Shown: positions 15,939 to 22,399 of the stretch, in pieces | Layout: each line of letters opens with the position of its first letter | Numbering within the stretch: position 1 is the first letter of the stretch | From: Flavobacteriales bacterium | GTDB taxonomy: Bacteria > Bacteroidota > Bacteroidia > Palsa-965 | DNA: 22,399 nucleotides | Assembly (NCBI GenBank): GCA_040377305.1 | Contig: JBEIPA010000047.1 | Span: forward strand, 1-22,399 | Direction of reading: 5' to 3' | Position numbers and translations under genes: made by a program | Notes under the pieces: generated by a model | Databases searched by the model: none | What the model was told of the DNA's origin: nothing | What the model saw: the letters and a program-made list of their open reading frames with translations, nothing else

Positions 15939-17448
15939 ATTTAACAGGAAATGGTTCTGCGATTTCATTCGTGCAGGACTGACCGAACATTTGGTCGTTG
16001 TAGAGGTCTTGCTCAGGGAGATAGTAAATCCTACGTGTGAACAAGTCCAGTACTTCGGCTTTCGTCATTGGTTCACTTGTAGTGTATGTTACATTGGTGG
16101 TGTCCATTGGCGGCTCATAAATTTCTTCGCATCTAGCGTAAAACTTCAGTTTAATCTTCCCTATTGACCAGTGGCTAGAAGTGTTTCCTGAATTCGGACG
16201 TTCATTCTGTCGTACCAGAATCTGATTATACCACCAACCACAGATCAGCGTAACGGAATGCCGCGTCGTGTCAATGTAATCACAAACCCGTTCCACATAC
16301 TCCATTTTATTCCTTCGCTTTTGCTGCTCAGCTAATACCGGACCGCGTGCTGCATCAATGGAAATTTCTTGTCCGCTTACATTAAACCTGATCGAAGCAC
16401 CAGTTGCACCAGAACCGCGCAAATCATCTGTAATATTCATTCCCACAATGAAAGGCGCGAGCAAAAACAGCATGGTGATTATTCTCAATGTGTGTTTCGG
16501 TGTGTACATCAGCACGAGCAGAAGCACGAACGGAACAATCGGCAACATGTATCCTGCTTTTTGAGGAAGTCGCAGATAAGAAATGACGTGCAGAATGAGT
16601 ACAACGACAACCATCCACACGATTCTTTGAGGAGTAAAGATTTGGGGAGGATTGACTGCTTCCTTTTGCTTCTGTGTGACCCATCGCGTGAATGCCACGA
16701 TCAACGCAAGAATTCCCAGAATGCCGAAGACGCCAATAGTGGCCTTGTAAACTATTTTCGTGAAAGGCGGATACGGAAACTGATCGCTGTAGTCGAAGAA
16801 AGTTGTTCCGTACTGCATGAAAGCCGGCACGTACATGAGAATTCCGATTACACCTGCAGGAATTGAAATTTTCAGCATCCACATAAACCATGTTTTGATA
16901 TCCATTCGCTGGAACAGCAACATGGCCCACGGAATGATAAACACACCTGAAGTGATTCTGCAGCCAACGGCAAGTCCAAGCATAATTCCGCACCAGACAA
17001 ATTTTCGGCACACGAGCGAAGAGAACGACAACATCACAAACGCAAGCGACCACGCATAGTCAATGGTGTATGTTCCGGAAATGAAAAACATAGGAGTGAA
17101 AGCGAGCATCAATGAAGCTTCCATCGCGTAGTTCATTCCGATCCTCCTTAGTGCATGATAAAACGCAAGAACTGCGGTGATGCTGAAAAGCGTACTTAGT
17201 AAATTCCAGATCCATGCCGGCTGATTCCAGATGAGCAGGTAGAAATATTCCTGCAACGGATGCCCAGGAAAACGGGATGCAACGTAATGGCCGGTACTGT
17301 GCATCTCCCAGGCATTCACCACGAGTCCATACGAATCTTCTTCGTGACCATGACCATCAAAAAGGAACGGGAGTCTGGAAAGCAAGACCACAGCAGCCAA
17401 TAAATAGGGATGCCATTTGGAATTATTGATGAGTTGGTCGGCTTTCAC
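15937..17448 (-). CDS. Polytopic membrane protein, probable GT-C fold glycosyltransferase (ArnT/PMT-like)
   Basis: Many TM helices, an acidic motif after TM1 (GHEEDS), PGHPL, and GIMLGLAVGCR. GTG start. Confidence 0.65.
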   Translation of the reverse strand: MKADQLINNSKWHPYLLAAVVLLSRLPFLFDGHGHEEDSYGLVVNAWEMHSTGHYVASRFPGHPLQEYFYLLIWNQPAWIWNLLSTLFSITAVLAFYHALRRIGMNYAMEASLMLAFTPMFFISGTYTIDYAWSLAFVMLSFSSLVCRKFVWCGIMLGLAVGCRITSGVFIIPWAMLLFQRMDIKTWFMWMLKISIPAGVIGILMYVPAFMQYGTTFFDYSDQFPYPPFTKIVYKATIGVFGILGILALIVAFTRWVTQKQKEAVNPPQIFTPQRIVWMVVVVLILHVISYLRLPQKAGYMLPIVPFVLLLVLMYTPKHTLRIITMLFLLAPFIVGMNITDDLRGSGATGASIRFNVSGQEISIDAARGPVLAEQQKRRNKMEYVERVCDYIDTTRHSVTLICGWWYNQILVRQNERPNSGNTSSHWSIGKIKLKFYARCEEIYEPPMDTTNVTYTTSEPMTKAEVLDLFTRRIYYLPEQDLYNDQMFGQSCTNEIAEPFPVK

Positions 17449-17513
17449 GTCACGAAAATACGCTTCTTCAGATATTTTTCACTGCGACACGGTTTCGCTG
17501 TGTGGTTGCGTTG

Positions 17514-17521
17514 TACATTTG
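17514..17521 (+). promoter_or_regulatory. -7 promoter box (TACATTTG) for rlmB
   Basis: Exact TAnnTTTG match 5 nt upstream of ATG 17527. Confidence 0.6.
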
Positions 17522-17526
17522 CAGCG

Positions 17527-18282
17527 ATGAGAGAACCTCGTTCAGACGACAATCAAATGATCTTCGGCATTCGTGCCGTTTCCGAGGCAATTACTGCGGG
17601 AAAAGAAATCGATCGCCTGTTTGTGCAGGAAGGATTGCAAAGCGGCTTGTTCAACGAATTGCGTAAAGTTTGTCGTGAACATGAGGTGCCATTTAGCATG
17701 GTTCCGGTGTACAAACTGAACAAGATCGCACCAGGGAAAAATCACCAGGGTGTAGTTGGATTTCTTTCAACGATCACATATCACAATATTGAAAACTTGT
17801 TGCCTTCGGTTTTCGAATCGGGAAAAACTCCGTTGATACTGATTCTTGATCGTATTACCGACGTTCGCAACTTCGGAGCAATTGCACGATCTGCTGAATG
17901 TGCAGGCGTTGACGCAATCATTATTCCTATGCGTGGTGCTGCACAAGTAAACGGAGATGCTATTAAGACTTCTGCCGGTGCTTTGCATACGATTCCGGTT
18001 TGCCGCGAAGAGAATCTGAAAGACACGCTTATTTTTCTGAAGGAATCGGGATTGATGATTGTTTCCTGCACGGAAAAAGGAAGTGAACCGGTTTACAACG
18101 TCGACATGAAAGGACCTGTGGCAATTATTATGGGTTCAGAAGAAGATGGTGTGAGCGGAGAATATCTCAAGCGTTCTGACGCGCGGGTGTTGATTCCAAT
18201 GCAAGGTGAGATTAGTTCGCTGAATGTTTCAGTTGCGACGGGAATAATTCTGTTTGAGGTGTTGAGGCAACGCGCCAATTAA
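17527..18282 (+). CDS. rlmB: 23S rRNA (guanosine-2251-2'-O)-methyltransferase RlmB (SPOUT/TrmH family)
   Basis: IFGIRAV, NHQGVV, LDRITDVRNFGAIARSA, MGSEEDG and IPMQGEISSLNVSVA. The start is reassigned to 17527. Confidence 0.93.
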   Translation: MREPRSDDNQMIFGIRAVSEAITAGKEIDRLFVQEGLQSGLFNELRKVCREHEVPFSMVPVYKLNKIAPGKNHQGVVGFLSTITYHNIENLLPSVFESGKTPLILILDRITDVRNFGAIARSAECAGVDAIIIPMRGAAQVNGDAIKTSAGALHTIPVCREENLKDTLIFLKESGLMIVSCTEKGSEPVYNVDMKGPVAIIMGSEEDGVSGEYLKRSDARVLIPMQGEISSLNVSVATGIILFEVLRQRAN

Positions 18283-18315
18283 AACCTTAAAGGTTTTCGA
18301 AACCTTTAAGGTTTT
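18281..18315. repeat. REP-like perfect palindrome, possibly acting as a bidirectional terminator
   Basis: AAAACCTTAAAGGTTT-TCG-AAACCTTTAAGGTTTT: a 16-bp stem filling the gap between two convergent stop codons. Confidence 0.75.
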
Positions 18316-19621
18316 ATCTGGCGCGGTAAACCTGTCCTTGCTTCCAGTAATCAACAGCAGTAATCCAGCTCACATTGTAAACCTGATTACGTTCCAATTC
18401 GAAATCATTGGGAAAACCTGAATTTGTGTTTCGTGTGAATACAAAATTCAAGGTGTTTCCCGATTGATCCGTTCCGTACACCCACGTTTCTTTCTCTGGT
18501 GAGCGATACACGTTCTGCGGTTCGCCGTAAATGATGTAGACCATTCCGCGATCTGTTTTCCAGCCTTCTTTGTACGTGGAAAAGTGCGTGTTCACAATTT
18601 CAACGCGACCGTAATACGCGCTGATCAATTCACGTGCGCGTTCCTGAGATCCACCCGTTGCTATCCAGAAACTATCGATTGCGATCTTCATGTGCGTAGA
18701 ACTTCCCAATGTGTTGTATTCCTTTTTGGTCGTGATGTAACGCAAGGGTTCGAGCAACGCGACTGGTGTTGTGACTTTCGGATAATCTTCTTTGAAACGA
18801 CAAACCAATATTCCTTCGTCACTCATCGGTGCGGTTGAAAAACGATAATATCCTTCAAGAGGCAATTTCATGGTTGCACTTTGTGAAAGATCTACGGTCC
18901 ACGACGAATCGCTTTGTATCGGAAGTGTTACAACAGGAAGTGCATAAGGCGGTCGCGCTGCATCAGACGTGTTCTTGTAGTAGGCCACATGTAGTTTGGT
19001 GATCGTTGCGTCGTTATACTGTATGGTAAATTCCTGATCGGCACCCACACTGTTTCCGTAAATCGGAGTGGTGCTATTCGGTTCCATGAGCACAAAATTA
19101 TTTGCAGCATCTCTTCCCGAGTGTGAGATGTACTGCAGATCATAAGCAGTGCTCATCTTGTTAATGTCGCGAAGAACAACGTCGACAAAATATTGACCGT
19201 CACCGCGTGGCACATCGAAGTCGGTGTAACCGTAAATCCATTCGGTGGTTGTTTGCTGTATGTTGCTGAATACAACATAGCCGCTATCGGTAATCACTTT
19301 CTGGTTTTCAACCGGATGCACGATGTAGTCGATCTTGAAATTCGCGAGCATTTCATTCGTGACATTGCTGCGTTGAAACAACAGGTCTCCTGGTTTTACC
19401 GCGAAGTATAAACGCGACACAGAATCGTTCAGATTGTGTATGACGTAACGCGGAATAGGACGGGAGCGATCTTTGGTCGATTGCACGGAGAAATCTCTGG
19501 TTCGTGCAGGGATGTAGGTGCGTTGATAACAGGATGTTGCTACCAATATTGCACACACTAACACAATTCCGAAATTTCGAAATTCCGGAATTGTGTTTCT
19601 ATATCGCGGTTTGAATTTCAC
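18314..19621 (-). CDS. GWxTD domain-containing lipoprotein
   Basis: Lipobox VATSC, PLRYIT, FW, and EGWKTDRGMVYIIYGEP. Confidence 0.9.
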   Translation of the reverse strand: MKFKPRYRNTIPEFRNFGIVLVCAILVATSCYQRTYIPARTRDFSVQSTKDRSRPIPRYVIHNLNDSVSRLYFAVKPGDLLFQRSNVTNEMLANFKIDYIVHPVENQKVITDSGYVVFSNIQQTTTEWIYGYTDFDVPRGDGQYFVDVVLRDINKMSTAYDLQYISHSGRDAANNFVLMEPNSTTPIYGNSVGADQEFTIQYNDATITKLHVAYYKNTSDAARPPYALPVVTLPIQSDSSWTVDLSQSATMKLPLEGYYRFSTAPMSDEGILVCRFKEDYPKVTTPVALLEPLRYITTKKEYNTLGSSTHMKIAIDSFWIATGGSQERARELISAYYGRVEIVNTHFSTYKEGWKTDRGMVYIIYGEPQNVYRSPEKETWVYGTDQSGNTLNFVFTRNTNSGFPNDFELERNQVYNVSWITAVDYWKQGQVYRAR

Positions 19622-19645
19622 TAGATAAAATTACGAAGTTCGAGC

Positions 19646-21379
19646 CTAGAATAAACCAATAAATCCAACATGGATTTTACCCGCGCGGAATTGTATAGGT
19701 TGACTGAACTGACTGCCAAGTGCATAGGTGAGCGCAAAGATTCCTCCTTTGGTTTCGAAGGTTACTCCGGTTCCGAATCCGTACGGTGTATCGGTGATGA
19801 ACGTGTCTTTCGAATTGTTCTCGTACCAACCTTGCTCGAAGAAAGCGAAGAACCAGGAGTTTTGTTCCAACAGGAAGCGGTATTCGACAGTCGCAATGCC
19901 ATACGAAGAAGCAAAAATCGATTCTTCATCAAATCCTCGAAGTGTCATCAATCCACCAATGCGGTAGAGTTCATTGCGCAAGAGAAATCCGCTGTTAAAT
20001 TGCCACGCCGATTTAATTCCCGTCATCACCGTCATGCGATTTCCGATCGGCCAATATTTTTCTGCAAGGAACGACGATGAGTATGCAGTGGTTTTCAGTT
20101 TCAGTCCCTGGTAGATTATTGGATTCAATCCCGCATTCTCTTTAATGGTGCGTGTGCCGATATCCCATGTAACATCAATCATGAATCCGGATCGTGGATT
20201 GAATTTGTAATCGAGTTTCTCAATGTGAAAACCAAGTCCATAGGAGATTGCAGAAATATCGGCAGTTGATGGAAGCGTTGTAAGACTCTCCAGTCCGGCC
20301 GTTGAAAGCAAACTGGAAGAAGTATTTTTCACATACGCACGCACTCCTGTATTGCCAGTGAAAATGTACTGTAATCCGAACAACTGTTGTACGTGAAGGA
20401 ATGAAGTGTCGCGGCGATACAGCTTGATCGAGTAGTCAACTCCTGCAGGTGTACGGAACAAATACGGATAGGAGATTCGGGCTTTCAGATCTTGTGTTTG
20501 TGACTGTAGTCTTCGCCAGTTCAGTTCTATCAATTCTCCGCGACGTAAAGAGTTCTGCAGTTTCAATCGCACATCACCGGTGAACAAAACTTTGCCCGTG
20601 TTGTTGTCCGGGAGAATACCCACGATTCCGTCGAACTGTCCGGCTTTCTTCTTGTCGAGAAACAAAGTGAGCTTCGTGTATTTCTCTGTGAAGAGAATCG
20701 TGAACGGTGCTGTTTCTCGTGCGAACGACAATTCACGGATGCGGGGAGATACAGCTGCAACTTTGCTTTCATCGTAAGGATCGCCTGGCGCAATGCCAAT
20801 GTAATTGAACAAAAATGCCTCTGAAGTTTTCAGCGTTCCTTTCACCTGAATAGAATCAATTTTTGTAAAACGATTCTTCGTGAGATTCAACTCCGCTGCA
20901 ATGCGTCCGTCATTTTCGAAAGTCACGCTGTCGAGTTTCACGGAAGCAAACGGATATCCGTTGTTCTCGCACCAGATGAGAATGCGTTCCTGAATGCGCG
21001 CAACGTCTTTCACTTTGAATTTGTCGTCGCGGAAATTTCTCCGGCGATAGCCTGCGAAAGAGAGAATTTCATCATCCACATTTCCGGGAGACAGAAATGT
21101 CCAAAGGTATTGCTGGCCTGCGTTGATGTAAGCCGTTTGATGCGTAGAGTCTTGTCGGATGCTGTCTGTATGTGCTGCGAGATATCCGTTGTTCCAAAGT
21201 GAAACCAAAACGCTTCTGATTTCTTTCTCGCGCAGTGCGATGGTAGAAAATGATTTCTCATACTTGGTTTTCTTCAGCGCACCTACGTCGGGAGTTTCGA
21301 CAATGCTGAGGGAAAACTGCTTTTGCGCGATTCCGGATACCGAAAGAAGAATGCCGAGAAAGAGCAGCAGAAAGCGCAT
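19646..21379 (-). CDS. Omp85 (BamA/TamA-like) outer-membrane protein with POTRA domains
   Basis: Signal peptide, POTRA motifs NNGYLAA and ENNGYPFA, loop motif LRGFDEE, and a C-terminal aromatic strand (IHVGFIGLF). Confidence 0.85.
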   Translation of the reverse strand: MRFLLLFLGILLSVSGIAQKQFSLSIVETPDVGALKKTKYEKSFSTIALREKEIRSVLVSLWNNGYLAAHTDSIRQDSTHQTAYINAGQQYLWTFLSPGNVDDEILSFAGYRRRNFRDDKFKVKDVARIQERILIWCENNGYPFASVKLDSVTFENDGRIAAELNLTKNRFTKIDSIQVKGTLKTSEAFLFNYIGIAPGDPYDESKVAAVSPRIRELSFARETAPFTILFTEKYTKLTLFLDKKKAGQFDGIVGILPDNNTGKVLFTGDVRLKLQNSLRRGELIELNWRRLQSQTQDLKARISYPYLFRTPAGVDYSIKLYRRDTSFLHVQQLFGLQYIFTGNTGVRAYVKNTSSSLLSTAGLESLTTLPSTADISAISYGLGFHIEKLDYKFNPRSGFMIDVTWDIGTRTIKENAGLNPIIYQGLKLKTTAYSSSFLAEKYWPIGNRMTVMTGIKSAWQFNSGFLLRNELYRIGGLMTLRGFDEESIFASSYGIATVEYRFLLEQNSWFFAFFEQGWYENNSKDTFITDTPYGFGTGVTFETKGGIFALTYALGSQFSQPIQFRAGKIHVGFIGLF

Positions 21380-21474
21380 GGGTAAATTTAGTCACCACAT
21401 AGGAACATAGCCACACGCGGTGACACAGAAACGCACTTTAGTTGCTGAAATTGTGAAGAAATCGAGACAGAAAG

Positions 21475-22089
21475 CTATTTATACACCGCCGGACACTTCT
21501 CTCCGCCGCCGCCATATGCCCATTTCAGGCCTACGCGTAATTCCCAGGCGTGCTGAGAAATATTTGGTGCTGACGTGGTGTAAGATCGCGTTGCATCCGG
21601 TACCCAATGTGCTTCTGTTAAAAATTTGAACGGACCATAAGCAACGAACTCAACGCCCGCACCGACCGATCCTGTGATGTGGAAATTATCGAACGACTGG
21701 GCAGAACTTACCACATATTCAGCCCGAGGACCGATCTTGATGCAAGGTATGATCGAGTACATTTCTTTGCGGATCATGAGGTAGTTGTTCCATGCCGCAT
21801 ACTGATTCACGAACTTTTCTTCCGAGCCATCGGCGAGAGGATGCTTGGTTCCTTTCACGTTGTACTGCACTTCCGTTACCCATCGAAAAGTGGGGTGATC
21901 GAAGAATTCCGCGAAGATTTCTCCGTTGTAACGTAAGAGATATTTCTGTTTTTCTTTACCTACTGGTTCATCAAAAAACCAGTATTGACGACCAAGTGTT
22001 CCACCAGCCATTATTCCCCATCCCTGGAAGAATTGTGCGGAAGAGCTTATTGAAATAAGCAGGGTTGCAAAAAAGAATATGCGTTTCAT
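21475..22089 (-). CDS. Small outer-membrane beta-barrel protein (porin/OmpA-barrel-like)
   Basis: Signal peptide MKRIFFF...SSAQ (start reassigned to 22089) and amphipathic strands EVQYNVKG, IGPRAEY, VGAGVEF and WELRVGLKW. Confidence 0.7.
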   Translation of the reverse strand: MKRIFFFATLLISISSSAQFFQGWGIMAGGTLGRQYWFFDEPVGKEKQKYLLRYNGEIFAEFFDHPTFRWVTEVQYNVKGTKHPLADGSEEKFVNQYAAWNNYLMIRKEMYSIIPCIKIGPRAEYVVSSAQSFDNFHITGSVGAGVEFVAYGPFKFLTEAHWVPDATRSYTTSAPNISQHAWELRVGLKWAYGGGGEKCPAVYK

Positions 22090-22191
22090 GGGCGAGTGTG
22101 TTGCTTCTACAAAAGTATAACGCAAAAAGGAATCCAATGTTTATATCACTTAGACTTTTTACAGCACAGAATGTTCAGAAATGACCTTCTC

Positions 22192-22270
22192 GACCTCGGT
22201 ACGGCTCAAAATTTCGTGATAAACATAATATTGTGCCTACTCGGTCTGACAAGGCATATTGTCAGACCGA
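22192..22270. repeat. REP-like palindromic element: one complete unit plus a truncated inverted unit
   Basis: Imperfect hairpin GACCTCGGTACGGCTCAAAAT...ATATTGTGCCTACTCGGTC followed by TGACA. A perfect 12-bp inverted repeat TCGGTCTGACAA/TTGTCAGACCGA spans 22241-22270. Confidence 0.6.
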
Positions 22271-22399
22271 TTCCTATGACAAAGTCAAGGGAGGAGTGTA
22301 AAAAGTTTCTCCTCTTAAAACAGCACATGCCCTCAGCACAATCTTATTTCTGATTGCGTTGATGACCAGCATTTTGTTTTTGCCTTCAGCAACCTTTCG
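22269..22399 (-). mobile_element. Right end of an IS110-family insertion sequence
   Basis: The transposase stop is followed by only GAA before the REP-like palindrome begins. TTGACTTTG (a -35/-33-like box) lies at 22280-22288, just inside the end. Confidence 0.7.
22274..22399 (-). CDS. IS110-family transposase/recombinase, C-terminal 41 aa (partial; not in the ORF track)
   Basis: Manual translation gives RKVAEGKNKMLVINAIRNKIVLRACAVLRGETFYTPPLTLS*, matching the RK..EGK.KM...NA.RNK...R..AV tail of Bacteroidota IS110 transposases. Confidence 0.82.
   Translation of the reverse strand, partial: RKVAEGKNKMLVINAIRNKIVLRACAVLRGETFYTPPLTLS

Noticed and set aside
16358-17059. Long alternative-frame and antisense ORFs inside genes (for example 16424..17053, 16369..16866, 1090..1566, 10762..11223, 19670..20080)
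   Set aside because: They overlap well-supported genes and show no motifs or plausible composition, so they are shadow ORFs.
21393-21432. Weak CACATAG/CACAG 9-bp periodicity
   Set aside because: Too short and degenerate to distinguish from chance by eye.
22096-22353. Plus-strand 85-aa ORF, and a signal-peptide-like plus-strand frame at the right edge
   Set aside because: Both overlap the REP-like element or lie antisense to the recognisable IS110 C-terminus.

Overview
This is a Bacteroidota chromosomal segment, judged from TAnnTTTG promoter boxes, T9SS C-terminal sorting domains and GWxTD/DUF6265-type genes. Left to right it holds: the 5' end of a response regulator behind an attI-like GTTRRRY site; a HAD phosphatase; mqnE; two tandem T9SS-secreted M43 metalloproteases; an OmpR-type regulator; a DUF6265-like lipoprotein flanked by 8-bp repeat arrays; an ECF sigma factor with a coupled small membrane protein, divergent from two paralogous ~800-aa exported LRR-like proteins that share an ECF-like promoter motif; a C1 cysteine aminopeptidase; a GldM-N-like membrane protein; a GT-C-like glycosyltransferase; rlmB; a GWxTD lipoprotein; an Omp85/TamA-like protein; a small beta-barrel; and the 3' end of an IS110 transposase (missed by the ORF track) abutting a REP-like palindrome. 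The best candidates for new biology are the ECF/mini-anti-sigma/twin-LRR module, the REP-adjacent IS110 element and the attI-like site with no neighbouring integrase. All family calls come from motif recognition by eye; no database searches were run.
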